From Pseudovirgaria hyperparasitica (Eukaryota), in NCBI GenBank assembly GCA_010093815.1, contig ML996581.1: a DNA stretch of 64,000 nt. One strand, given 5' to 3'. Under the pieces are notes generated by a model. It ran no database searches. It worked only from the letters and a program-made list of their open reading frames with translations, and was not told the origin of the DNA. Of this stretch, positions 25,238-38,300 are shown in pieces; position 1 is the first letter of the stretch; each line of letters begins with the position of its first letter. The translations under genes were made by a program, and so were the position numbers.

Positions 25238-27539
25238 TCAGCCAGATATGTTCAGCTTCTCTACGGCATCACCAAGAGTATTCCCAACGCCGGAATCTTT
25301 GCTCATTCGCAACGTCTTCGTGATACGGACCCATATGACGCCTTTCGACAGAACACCCTCAGAGTCATAGAGGTGGAGCATACGATAACCGGGTTGAAGT
25401 CTATCAACACGGTAACAAGCCCAGCCAGCCAGATCGTCACGAAGCCTGTCGTCATCCATGAGCTTGAACCTGTTGGGCACACAGTCAGTAAATGATCCGG
25501 GGGAAAGATCGCGGTGTATGCGGGATGCCGAAATTTGAGTACGTGACTGACAGAGATTTTTCTGGTGTGCAATAAGTATGATCTGTCATCCCTGGTTCAC
25601 GGGTACTTCATGCATGCAGCTCCCCGCGCGGTTGGGCGCCGGTGCTGCTTCATGTATGCAGGCAGACACATAACACAATGCAAACAGAGTCGAACGACCA
25701 AATACATACAGCATGGTATGTAGACAGAAGGAGGAAGATAGCACTATGCCGTACGTACCTTACAAAGGATAGAGCAGGCACTACGCCGCTCACATTCTTG
25801 AATCGCAAGACTTCACGCTTAAAGTCAGGGTTGAGTCCCTTCGCGGTCTTCGTTCGTTCCTTGTATTCGCCTTCTTTCGCCTTCGAGCCACCTTTAGGCT
25901 CTCCAAATCGCTCTTCAGGTTGTTCAACATGAATCTCGCATTTCACATAAGGGTGGAACTTGGTAGGATCCTCCTCGGGTGGTAGCGGCAGATCTTGACC
26001 AGCAAAAAATTCTATCTCAAGGTCCATGGTACCACAGTCTGAGGCCACTTCCTGGTGTGAAGATATGCTGTGGCTGCGATAAGCCTCTGGCTTCAGGACC
26101 CAGCCGCCGGTACCTGCAAACATGGCCTCATTAAGCATCATACCGGCGTCCCATTTTTGCCAATTCAGCGCAACGATCTGAACGCCGCGCCGCCAGAAAA
26201 CAGCAGCGTCCAAATTTGAGGAAGACACGCGAGTGCCCTTCGGATAAGCACGCATGAGGAAACTTCTGTTGTGCTTGAAAAGGGCAGATGGTGTCTGTTC
26301 ATGAACCTCCATAAGTTTGCCTTCAGACAGAGAAAAGATATGAGTGGGAACTGTGGCCTCGGGCTTGTCGAAACCAGAAAAGTGATAACTACGTGTGTAT
26401 ATACCCAAAGAGCTTAGCTTGTCAATAATCTTCGCCTTCTTCTCCACAGGCTTCTTCCGGGCCGCAGTGGTCTTGTCGTCATCCGACGAAGAAGGAGACG
26501 AAGAAGTGTCTACTTTGCGTATGGGCTTCGGAGCTGGAATCGACTCTGGCTCTGGCTCTGTCGCAGGTGCCTTTGGCGGCGAGTACTTGACTTTGATCAA
26601 TATCTTATTTTTCAGTTCTGACAGCTTTGGTAAGGTAACCGCATCAGCCGTTGCTCCATCAGGTATCGACGGCAAGTTGACCATGAGGTGGCCCCAACAT
26701 TGCTTCATGATCTCGACCATAACCTCTTGTTGTTCAGGGCCCGTGTGGACCTCGAGACTAATAATGACCGGGAGGTTGGAGCTCACGAAGGCATACTTTG
26801 CAATGACCTCACAAACTGATCTAAATGAGATCTCCTTCGTCGCAGTGTAGCCGTGCAGAACCCTCGGTTCTACACGCGATCCTGTCGATGTCCATGGTTT
26901 GATCCTCGTGTCTGTCGTGGGTACCCGTTCAACGCGCTCGGGAGAGTTTTCCTGCGAAGAGTCTTTATCTGAATCCTTGTCTATCTTCCGCTTAACTTTG
27001 CTCTTTAGCCTACTGAACGCAGACGGCTTCTTCTCTTTATTTGCATCCTCAGTCTCCGAGTCAGAATCGTCGCCATCCCAAACGTCAATTTCAACGCAAC
27101 GACAGCCACGGAGAAGGACATTCTTGTACGCATCTGGGCTAGAGTCGCTAGAGAGCTGGTTGCCAGTCAAATAGGTGTTATGGCTTGATGATATGAAGTA
27201 GTTGGAGATCTCGTAGGAGCTGTCGGTCTCTGGTAAGACCGTAGCGTCGCTGCCACCCGGGCCGGCCATGAACTTGGTGAAAGCACCACTATCTAGCACG
27301 ACTATGTCCTTTGCTGCCTTCTCAGCTGCTTCAGACGACCATCCTTGAATATCGTGCAGAAAGCCCGCAACGCCATTACCCTCTCCTCTTAGATTGTACT
27401 TCGCGTGCGACTCCTCATATGCGACATGTATGTAGTGCTCGAGTTCTGGTGTAATGTGATCGACCTGCCATGCACGATGCGAGGTACTGAGTGCTGCACC
27501 TCCGCCTGCCTGCTCTTCTGAATCTTGTGTTAGCGACAT
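25238..27539 (-). CDS. Phosphoinositide-specific phospholipase C (X, Y and C2 domains); intron 25758-25470
   Basis: [59 protein letters not shown] and [10 protein letters not shown] motifs, then a C2 region. The last exon reads [25 protein letters not shown]. Start taken at the first ATG (MSLTQD). Confidence 0.92.
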
Positions 27540-28480
27540 GGTGAGAACCGTAGGAGCTCCGAAAGGTGCCTTGAACCCACTGAAAGTAGGCCAGGTATTG
27601 GATGTACTCGTAGACGGGGTTGGAGCGTTTGATTCGAGGATTTTAACAGTGGAGGCCCTATATCTCTCGTTCCGCCGTCTCGTAGAGTGGCGGCGTATGA
27701 ACTTGTCCAACATTAGCAAGCAGATTAAGCGACTACATTTGTGATGGCATTGATACGCGTTTGCCGTGTGACCGTAGAGAAGAGCACATGCGGCCTTCTA
27801 TGGCGCATCTGAGGCGGTATAGGAGTAAGAATAGTCAGGATGGTCTCAAGTGATATGCGCTGGAGCTGAAAACAGTGACGAAGGATGCGTGGTGGGGCTA
27901 ATCTTACAATCAGTGATCCCTCAGGGCTAAATCAATAGAGGTATGTTTGCACGACAAGTTGTCGTTCACTAAGTAATATACGGCGTAGCTATTGTTGAGA
28001 GCCGACGGTAGGAGGAACGGAGGACAGTAGCGGTAGTGGTAAGAGCGATGCTTCATTCACGAGCCGTAGCCGCATTTTGTCTCAGTGGAGATGGATGAAT
28101 CCATCTAGATGGGATCTTGGTGGAGCTCCCTTGGCCGCCAGCTGTGCTTTGCTGAGGTGGCTGAGTGTGCACGCCTTCCCTCCCGCTGCACTGCCCACTA
28201 GAATCGTGCCAGCACCTACCTTCACCATGGTCAGAGATTCTTCTCTCGACACGATTGCTACGATGCTTTCACTCCTTTGTAGCGTACTATGCGGTTTCAG
28301 AATTTAGGTGCAGGGTGTTATGATGGAGCTCGATGAAAGAACTGGGGAACAGCGGGCCAATTTAGCGTCAGCGGTGTTGTCCAACGTCATAGGGGTCCGA
28401 TCCATCCTGTCCTAAAAGAATCTTGGAAACATAATCCTTCTTTACTACAGATACAGGCACGAACCAGCCAGCCACTGAAC

Positions 28481-28821
28481 ATGACTTTTGATACACGCAA
28501 AGAGGCCGAAGATGCTGTGAAGTCATGGGGCTTCTCCCATGTCTTCACCTGGACCGACGGGCCGTAAGCAATCTACCATATACACAAGTATAATACTCAC
28601 ATATATACCTAATGCTTAGCAATGCTCACTATCCCTCACATACGCATCCGGGTGCTACAACGCATCTCATTTTGAGAGGTTCCTTGACGATGACCTATCC
28701 GGATGACCCGAATCCAAAGAAAGAGACTTTGGGTGCCGGCGCCCGGTGGGATGTAGACGCCAGAAAACTTCACGAAGTCTGGATTGGTGATGAAGGATGT
28801 ACGTACGTTATCGGTGAATAG
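28481..28821 (+). CDS. Small cupin-fold protein (~94 aa); intron 28564-28619
   Basis: Spliced MTFDTRKEAEDAVKSWGFSHVFTWTDGP|NAHYPSHTHPGATTHLILRGSL...HEVWIGDEGCTYVIGE has the cupin HxH...H and H motifs. Intron is GTAAGC..CTAAT..TAG. Confidence 0.85.
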
Positions 28822-29181
28822 GCAGGTTATTCAATCATCAGAACACCAAAACTCTACAAGCAGTTCAAATCTGCACACGTGACGGCGTGACCCGAACAAT
28901 GACGCCATCGAGTTGCGGTAAGTGCTTGATAAGTGCGTTGCTACTACTAGCGATATGCCATTGATCAAGCATTGCAGTTCTCACATGGAGTATCTACCAG
29001 GAAAGTCATTTTGCAACCAAGGTCGAGAACCTTATCCGTATACTTGACGGATCTTGAGCCAGGTCTAAAAACCACCACGTCACAACGATATACCCGCAAC
29101 TATTAGTCGCTAACGTCTTCTTCGTACTTTTCAACCTGTCCACTTTCAGCCAACTTAACAGCTTGTTCCACGCTAGCTCGC

Positions 29182-29838
29182 CTACGCTTCGTCTGCGGCC
29201 ATGTTGCTAAGCATACTGTCTTGGAAGAAAGCTGGTTCCTGCTTGATAGCATCTTCGCTCGAACCATCATTGAAATCGAAAGAAAAGTTGGCATTGGGAA
29301 ACAGCATGTTGTCCGGAAGAGCAAATTCGTCAACGCCATCATGAATCTGGGCAGTCTCCTCTTTCATCTCAGGCTCCTTGGCTTTAACCTTACGCTTGCT
29401 GGGTGTATCTGATCCGTTTGCCACAGCCTTCTTCTTGGGCGTAGCGCGTGGCTTCTTGGTCGGTGTAGCTTCCTCGGAATCATCCTTCGCAGCTGGATAG
29501 AGAATCAGTATTGAAGTCCAAGTGGATCCTGTGTGACTTGGGTAACAAGGCATGGAAAACATCTACTGACCAGTACCACGTTTCTTGGGAGTGACCGCAA
29601 TAGGGATTCCGGCGTCACTGTCCATTTGTGCCTTTATCTCCTTGGCACGCTTTACAACCGGGCGGAATTGATGCTGGAATGAATTGACAGTGCGTTGGCC
29701 GTCAAGGGCGCTCATCATTGCGTAGGCTGTGTTGGGAATAGAGGTGATTCCTTGCGCGGCCAGTACAGTCGCCATGGTATCTAAAGAGAATGCCATTTGC
29801 TTGGCATCATAACTCGAGTTTCCCGGTTTGGTTGCCAT
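29182..29838 (-). CDS. Hypothetical nuclear protein (helical N-terminal domain, TPKK-rich basic tail); intron 29570-29493
   Basis: The exon 1 ORF (..YAMMSALDGQRTVNSFQHQFRPVVKRAKEIK..TPKKRG) splices GTCAGT..CAG in frame into AAKDDSEEATPTKKPRATPKKK. Confidence 0.7.
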
Positions 29839-30982
29839 GTTGACTATCGAAAATCCGGTGAGCGTTCAAGAACAAGGTGCGATGGTTGACCTATGACCCT
29901 TTAGTAAAGTCTCACTGGTTCACCATGCTCGAAGTCAGAGCCACGGAAGGATGACCTACCGAGGGCGGAACTGCTGTCAAACTAATCCGGGCTAGGAGAA
30001 AACTTGCCTTGGTCCAGTGAGAGTGGAAGAGAGGTTTAAGAGGAAGAGCAAGGTGGCGAGACAGAGAGATGAATCGCGATCTATCCGTTTCGATCGAAGC
30101 CTAATGGAAGGCCAAAGGTTCACGCACCGCTGAAGTGAACAAGGTGAAAACGAATTGTTATCACCTCGATAGCGACAACGTGCTTCGCCGAATCTAGCCG
30201 TAAACAGCTACGAAATTGGCTGACACTGATCGTTAACGATAGTGCTACCATAACAGTGTAACGTGCCGCGATTTTGCGTGGTCAAGAATTAACTCATCTA
30301 CTTGATTCACTGTTCACCATAGTGCGGGTTATAATCGGCTTTTTACAGATAGCAACTGGATGGTAGGGAATGTTGGTGCTTGTTCACTTGTGTAGGTCTT
30401 ATGTACCTGCTCTTCCATTTGATAGCCTGATGTCGCTATTAAGAGAATGTGTATAAGCTGAATCATGCTTCTAGGTAGTAAGATAGATCATTACGCGATC
30501 TCCCTCCTATATCTGGCGTTCTTATATATCCGAGCTATAGCCAATTGATAAATATATGAGGAAAAGTCCTCATGGTAGATCTACGAGTATTAGTACATGT
30601 CTCTCTTCATGTGATAGCCTGCTGAGAAAATTTGTCGAGTTCGTGTATCATATAAGTATATGATGGGTGAGTCTATACATACGGACGTTGCATGTTGGCC
30701 GATTTTATGGCTTATGCATGTATAGGACCCTGACCGCCGGTGCCCCTCAACACTAGATGGCACGTGCGCTGTGACGTGACTTATCGACAAAACTTCGGAA
30801 CGGTTCTTTTTGTAATCACGTTCTTAGGCCGCCATACACTGCAAACGCCGTAACCTCGGGTTCCTTACACATCTCTGTTTCTATCGTCAGTCCAGAGGTG
30901 TATAACAGATTTCTACTGCTATCAGTCTCTTGCAGCATTGAATCTCAAACTTTGCGATATTGTCTCCTCTGCCTCATCCACA

Positions 30983-31923
30983 ATGGCGCAGACCGCCACC
31001 GTCCGGGAGATCACAAGTGATGGTGATTTCTCACAGCACACGAGCTCCCTCGCACCTAGCACACTCCTAGTTGTATACTTCCATGCACCATGGGCTGCGC
31101 CGTGCACACAAATGTCTGCTGTACTCAACGCGCTTGCCGGCACATACACACTCGAATCACCACCTCAAATATCCTTCCTCTCAATAAACGCAGAAGACCT
31201 TCCAGATATCTCCGAGCAATATGATGTGACGGCCGTGCCGTTCATCGCACTACAGAAAGACGGAAAGACCTTGGAGACTATCTCAGGTGGTGACGCGGCC
31301 AAAGTGCGAACAACGATTGAGAAGTACGCCGGCAAGAGCGCGACTAAGAATGAGCTCCCACCGGCACAGAGCGTGACAAGACCAGCCGAGGAGGCGAACG
31401 GCTCAGCGACTGGGAATGTAGCGAAGAATCTGTCTGCGTATGCGCCGAGCGCGGACGACCCGAAGACGGCACCGGAATACTCAAGCAACGATGCGCCTAG
31501 CAAAGAGGAGCTCAATGCTCGTCTGGAGGGTCTGGTAAAGGCCGCGCCGGTGATGCTGTTCATGAAGGGAACCCCAAGTGCGCCTCAATGTGGGTTCAGC
31601 AGACAGACGGTGAGTTTACTTCGGGAGAAGGGCATACGGTACGGCTTCTTCAACATCTTGGCCGACGACGACGTGAGGCAGGGACTGAAGGAATATGGCG
31701 ATTGGCCAACATACCCTCAGCTGTGGGTCGATGGTGAACTTGTTGGCGGGCTGGATATTGTAAGTGACGTGCGTGTGGTGACTGACTGGACCAACATGCT
31801 GACTAGTACCAGGTACGTGAGGAGTTTAGCAACGATGAGGGCTTTTTGAAAGATTATGCCGTCAGCACACAGCGCAACACTGGTGGACCAGCAGCCCCTG
31901 AGGCTCAGACTCAGACTGCGTGA
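30983..31923 (+). CDS. GRX4: Monothiol glutaredoxin with N-terminal thioredoxin-like domain (Grx3/Grx4/GrxD); intron 31760-31812
   Basis: WAAPC Trx-like motif, then VMLFMKGTPSAPQCGFS, WPTYPQLWVDGELVGGLDI|VREEF. Confidence 0.93.
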
Positions 31924-32386
31924 AGTCCCAGCGAATGCAAAACGTGGAAGGGAGACAGTTGCTACGCCAGTGGTTGATAGCAGCAACAATAGCTCTCTTC
32001 TATAAGTGAATATAGACAAGATATCCAATGACTTTGCGACATCACACATCCGACACTCGGAACTGTATCAACACCGTACATGTTTGTCACCTCCTACTAT
32101 CATTCAGGGAATAACGTACCCGCATGAGTTGTCCGCACAAGTAGCAAGAAGACCCATCACACCACGACACACCTTTCCACGCCCTGACACCAACACCATT
32201 CCGAAGAAAAAGACATCTACGTAACAGAAGTGACTTACAGCCAGCACTCCAGTCCGAGCACATCGATCCATAACGCAGAGATCAAATATGCGCCTTTCCC
32301 TCCCTCTCAGTTTGCCCATGACCCCTATTCCATCCCATTCCGATCCCAAAGCCCCTTCAACACACCTTTACATCCCGTCTTCAAAA

Positions 32387-33067
32387 ATGCCACGAAACCA
32401 CACCCCATCACCCTCACCACCCGCATACCGCGAAAGGCCCTCACGTCATTCCTCCCCTCCACCACCATACACCAGCCTCTCCACTCCCCCCTTCCCACCC
32501 CTCCTCCTCCTCCACCAACACCGCATCCACAACTCCCCCTTCACAGACGTCGACCTCACACCCCTCTCTCACCCCCTACCCAAACATCCACCCCACGTGC
32601 CCGACCCCCCCGGATACGCAGACCACCACGCCGACACGCTGATCTCGGATTATACAATCTTCGATTTACAGCCGCAGCAGCAGCACGGTGATGGTGACGT
32701 GGGGCAGTTAGATAATACGCGCGAGAGCCACGTGCAGATTACATTCCCCGCGCCCGTGGCGACGCACAGCTTTATCAGGCGGTTGCCGGGCGGGTATCGG
32801 ATTCCGGATGATTGGCCTGGGGATGGAGGGGGGTGGAGGGTGCGGGGGGGTGGTGGTCGTGGTCGTGGTGTGGGAGGAGCAGGTGGTGGTGGTGGTGTAG
32901 ATGGAGGAGAAAGGGGAAGGGGACGAAGGTGCGGGATATGGGCGATGATGACGCAGCGCTGGGGGTTTCTGCCGGTGGCGATTGTTTGTGTTTTGGTTGT
33001 TTGGGGGGTTGTTGTTGGGTTGTTTTTGGTTGTTTGGCGGAGGGGGAGGGGGAGTGGGAGTGGGTAG
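32387..33067 (+). CDS. Hypothetical Pro-rich protein with PPxY motifs and a C-terminal transmembrane helix
   Basis: ATG in AAAAATG context. Contains SPPAY, PPPPY and DPPGY, and a hydrophobic stretch FLPVAIVCVLVVWGVVVGLFLVVW followed by RRGRG. Confidence 0.55.
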   Translation: MPRNHTPSPSPPAYRERPSRHSSPPPPYTSLSTPPFPPLLLLHQHRIHNSPFTDVDLTPLSHPLPKHPPHVPDPPGYADHHADTLISDYTIFDLQPQQQHGDGDVGQLDNTRESHVQITFPAPVATHSFIRRLPGGYRIPDDWPGDGGGWRVRGGGGRGRGVGGAGGGGGVDGGERGRGRRCGIWAMMTQRWGFLPVAIVCVLVVWGVVVGLFLVVWRRGRGSGSG

Positions 33068-34439
33068 AGGTGGAGGTAGGACATTTTGGTATATGGGTTG
33101 AGGGGTGAATGGATAGCGGTAGGAGGGTGGATTTGGTGTTGATGGTGTGGATGATGATGATGGGATACTGGTGGGTGTTGTTCGAGTGGTCTGGTGTTTG
33201 TGATTTCATCAGTGTTTGAACGATTATAGGGCTATGCGGATGATACAGATGGGATTCTGGGATCTCGCTATCCGAATTTCAGAGCACGTACTTCTATTTG
33301 CACAAGCTTGATACAGCTGCTGCATCGAATGCATCGCGTAGCTACTGACATATACCGCATCGGGTACCCATCCACCATCACTCCTTCCACATAGCCAATA
33401 AGGCACCTTCCTCCACGCATTGGAAATCAGTAAGCATTCTGTTAGTCATCATCGAATACCGTCACGGGTGACCCGCCGCCACGGACAAGTTTTGACCCGT
33501 TCTCAGCCTGATGTCCAACCGCTCATAGCATGTCCAGCCTTCAGTCGAGATCGAAGACGATACTGGGATATGGTTGCAGCTTATTGCTGCAACTGCAGAT
33601 CTGCACTTTTTTGGGTGTACTTGGGCGGTTTGCTCAGGGTTCATGATGTCTCAGGAACGTGGGGAGCATATATGGTGGAGAGTGGGTTGTAGGATGTGTG
33701 AGGCTGAGGATGCACACTGAATGGGCTGCTGGGCTGCTGGGGGGATTGGGGGTTTATAGGTGTAGATCACGCATGGTAGTAGGATCATGTTGCTGATGGC
33801 CTGCTCCAGGATCTAAGGAATCGCGGATTTTACACGCCCGTCAGCTCCTATAAGCCATGCGAACTAGACATCATAACAACACAGTCGCAGTATCCGGTAG
33901 TGTAGTTTGGGATCTGTCAGCCGCAGGTGTTTCTCTCTCGTTCATAAGCACATATCACCCGCATATGAGCACATATATTGGTGCTGCATCTCGCTCGTGA
34001 TCTGTTCCAGGATCTCTCCCTAAGCTATGTTAAATGGTCCGGAGCATGCATAGACCAAATCAGCCATGATGAGCTCTGCAGCCTGTCTAGTGCTGTCTCA
34101 GGGGCAAATTTTCTGATAAAAAAAGCACATATTGAACATAATACCAAAGCAGGGTATGGAAGGCTTCAATGTAGTTCAATAGAGTATCGTGTAAACGAGA
34201 ATAGGGGATCTTGCGCCTGTTGAATCCTCGGGAAGAGCAGCACACTTCATGCGGGCCGTTGTGATATGTCACGCATATATCGCCTCTCCATATGCACGTC
34301 GGCTGACGAGTCACAGACCTGTTTGCCTGCGGAAGTCCCAATGTGATACGGAAGAGTGAGGCTGCTCGGACAAATCAAGGGGCTGAAAGGTCTCGCCGCT
34401 GCGAATGGAAGACGTTGTGTGGTATTTCCCACTATGGTA

Positions 34440-35300
34440 GTGGTTCATGTTGCTCAACAAGCCGCTCGTGTCGCTCTGATATGCAAACTGCGTGGTAACG
34501 CATGCCCGGCATGTCTAATAAGGTAGGCAGACTTCCGTACACGCCTGTAAGCCGTCAGCACCACCACACACCATCAGCTCCTGCCGTCGGACAATCGGGC
34601 AGTAGTAATTATCTGACAGCGATCATAGATAGTCCTAGGACACCACCATCTGCTACTGCGGCACAGGAACGCGCAATCTGATTTCTCAAACTAGCGCGTG
34701 TAATGCGGGGAACGGGAAAGTCGAACGCGTCCTGCGAGCCTAAAAAGTCTCCTAATCTCATGGTTGACGAATATGCCCAGGATGCCGAGGCACAGAACTG
34801 CTTGACCCAGGGAGCTGGAACCATGTCGCGACCAATTTCCCCGGGAGTCTGGCAGGGATCATGCTCGCAGTGTGTAAAAGAAAATATTGACGGTATAGCA
34901 TGTCTGCTTTGACTTTGTTGAAATCCAGTATTAGAGCATCAAAGCAGCAGGTTAGACGAAGGATAGCGTGGACAAACAGCTATTTTCTCCTCACTTTCGC
35001 GCATGCCTTGCAATATGGCCTGCGAAAGACTGCAGTGGTCGTTGAACTGGAGCAACCCGTCCGGGAGGTAATCAGGAGGGTAGGAAATCTAAAGATGGTC
35101 GATCTTAGCTTCGAAGGGTGCATATGCAGCCGAGTGGATGCTATGATAGACATATGCGATGATAAGCTAACCCTTCTTTCTGTCGTGACTGTATTTGCAT
35201 GGGTAATCCTCATTGTCGAGGCTGTCCTGCCTGGCTTCGAAACGTCAAGTGGACCTATGATGACCAAGCGACCTGTGTCAGCCGAAAGATATCCTCGGTG
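34440..35300 (-). pseudogene. Possible decayed membrane-protein gene (DUF6594-like C-terminus)
   Basis: Protein-like stretches interrupted by stops (..EIGRDMVPAPWVKQF...IARSCAAVADGGVLGLSMIA), followed by an intron-like GTCAGA..CTGAC..ACAG. The family assignment is a guess. Confidence 0.2.
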
Positions 35301-38300
35301 ATGATAAGGAAGCGGCAGTCAATCTCAACACGATGTACGACAATCGACTAGGTTATGCATTTGTCTAAACAATTGCAATCATGACGCCTTGTTTGCCGCA
35401 TGTAACCAAGGTATATCTGATCTGAGGGAGAATAGCAGCGGGATTCATGGTTATTGGTCTGCTTCCATGAACTAGCAGTGAGTTGTATGAAAGTAGAAAG
35501 TAGAAAGAAGACTAGGATTGGGTCACATTGACGTACGGTGGAAGACGGAATGGGGGCGGCCGCCCGGTAATTCCGGAGCGGCACTTTATTGTCCTTCCCT
35601 ATTGGGTGAATGCGATGCCGCGGAAGAGAAATAGGTACTTGAGCAACACAACTACGTGACGAAAACATCCGCAGGGAAGGACGGCTGCTGCTAGATCGTT
35701 TGTCAGTTGGGCTTGTTATGCTGGGCAGCTGCTCGGATGATAATATGACTGGCTTACATTGATTGTATGCATCGTTCGCACCGTACATGAGAGATCTACG
35801 CAAACTTCGAAGGCAAACAAATGCCCAGCATGCTACAGAGCCTCACATCAGAAATCTTGTTGGCAAAACGTGCGTCAAAGATGACACCAAGGTAGTTTTG
35901 TGTCGACTTATTATGGGTAGAACTGATTGCCCGTCATTGATCGCAACACGGATACGAACAGGCGGCAAGCGTGGTATGAGCACATGTAGGATGTATGCCT
36001 ACGCCTCACGGCGTGACAAGGGCGTCAACAAGTCCAGAATCTATCTGATCTTCCTCTCGAGGCTGAACCTCAAAGCAGACTTTCGCTGAGAGAATGAGAG
36101 TATGCCTAGATCGCGAAACACAAGCAGTGGCCAATTAGGGGAACCCGTGTAAGGCAAGTTAGATCAGGAGATCCGTTGTCCTGAAGTCTAGTCCTATCTG
36201 CACCAGCCAGAACTTTCAGTAATAGTGATGTTCGTCAGCTTTCCTGGAAGTAGATGACAATACGGTGGATCTGCTTGCTCGCTGGTTTTCCAGGAGATGA
36301 GCACTGTTTCATAAGGTTCATGGTGAGCACGTGCAGAATCCTATGTTGTTGCAGAGTCTCGACTAGGGAAAGTCAAATGCATTCGTGTACGTAGCCAGCC
36401 ATAGCGCTTTACATTCTGAAGGCTTGTGATATCCGGCTTGACTGTACAAGGACAGAAGACTGAATGAATACCGAGACAGACCCAAGTAAAGAAACTTCCC
36501 TGCAATTGGCTGCCCCTAGTCTCAACCTGTTGACTGACTTGCAGGAAAAAGACTCCGTAACGGACGGCAGAGTCGTGGAAAAGGGCGCTTAGAGGATGAC
36601 GGCCAGGGTGAAAAGGCAATACTCTTATCCAATAGAAAAGCCGTGCAGCCGAAATTAGAGGCAAGCCTTTTTTGTGATTGCATCAACCATCACGCTCCGA
36701 ACCGCTGGCTCCGTCTTTTGGCTAGCATCGTCTTTCACTTTATCAGATCGAATCCCACCAGCTCGTGGGGAGTCCCGTGACGCGGATGCGAAAAGATCAC
36801 CTCATACATATACAACATTGGAGTGGAGCGGGATGGTAAGCTACCCTGCGCGGGACGGGCAAGCTTCGGCGAGCGGTGAAGATACGATGACACGTCAGGC
36901 TCCATTAGAGCTGCAAAAATGGAGCGCATGTCATTGATAGAACCCGAGAGCTTTGCAGATGTTTTCAAAGATATTTTCAAGATGACTCTCTCTCCCTGTC
37001 TCTCTAATGTATGCCTTGTGGTATAGCCCAGGAGTGGCAGTGGAAGCGCTGCAAGTGGTTCGATACTGATACTGGTTGGGGAGTCATAATTAGGTAGCCC
37101 ACAGCGCGCAGGAAATCCCGGATATGAGCTTGTTTGGTAGTCTTACGAGCCGGGCTACGCCTGAGTCCCTCTCGAACATACATGTTATTCGAGTTATACC
37201 AGGCTGTCGCGCAGTCATAGAGGAGCCCTATGCGACAGACAGCTTTGAAAGTGGGGGTCATAGAGCCAAACCCCGGCCGCGACTCTCAGCCCAACGTCGC
37301 TAAAAGACCATGCAGCGGAAGTGGGTGGTAGAGTAATAAGAACCTAGGGAGAGAGTGTGTGTAAGAGAGGGAGAGAGAGAAGGGGGGGGGGGTGTACCGA
37401 TCAAGGAGGGGGCTGGGAAAGAGAAAATTGAGGGTTGAGCGAACCACACACAGCCCGGCCAGGCAGCGCGTTGATGGCCGAAAGCACGGACGAGGCGGAG
37501 GCCAATTGAAATACTTTGCAGCTCCCAATCATTGCTGTTCTCTTCTTCCCCAGCTCCCCAGTTTCCAACTGTTTCGTCCAACCACTCCATCGTGATCGTC
37601 GCTAGCTCCATTCCACCAAGCAAGCAGCACGACTCTCCTTCAGCCAAACATATCTCGACGTTCACCATATCAGCCAGTCCCAGTCGAACAACGTGAAGCA
37701 GCCTGAAGCTTGAAGCCTGGAGCCTGGAGCAAGCGTCTCGTTCGCAAGGACCTCTCGCAGAACAGGAAACCCTCACTCGCTACTACACCCTCACCTCCAG
37801 ATCACGCGCCTCAAAACAAGCCTCTCTCTCTCTCTCTCGAGACACTACTGTACATCCAAGTCTCGTGACCGTCACTGTCTGCGGTCTCCGCTTTGAGTAA
37901 GCAAACCACTCCCTTGCTCTTCGAACGCGTCCTCGACCTTCTCGACAGTAGTCAGTCACAACACGCTGAGGCTGTTTTGGCTGTCCTGTCTTTCTCACTT
38001 GTCGCGCCTAGAAGGGTTAATACTGCCAGCATCACAGCTGTGTGTACCCGCTCAGTTGTGAGCCCTTGTTTCACTATTTCGCGCGCGCGCCACGCAACTA
38101 CTGACTGAAGCCAAGTTTTGGTACTGACTGCCGCTTATTCAGCTTCCTGCCAGGCCAGCCCACCATCAACTACCACTACACACACACCACCACCACCATT
38201 ACGCCCAGCGCGCTGCTACTCCATCGCATGTCGCGTCGCAAGCCGGCTGCTTGATATTATCTCATCTCTCACAGTCTCTATACAGACTTCACTCATCTCG

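Noticed and set aside
25560..25660. TPP riboswitch in the PLC intron (GTACCCGTGAACC on the minus strand)
   Set aside because: It lacks the conserved CTGAGA and TGAT..TAAT..AGCG elements, and the gene is not thiamine-related.
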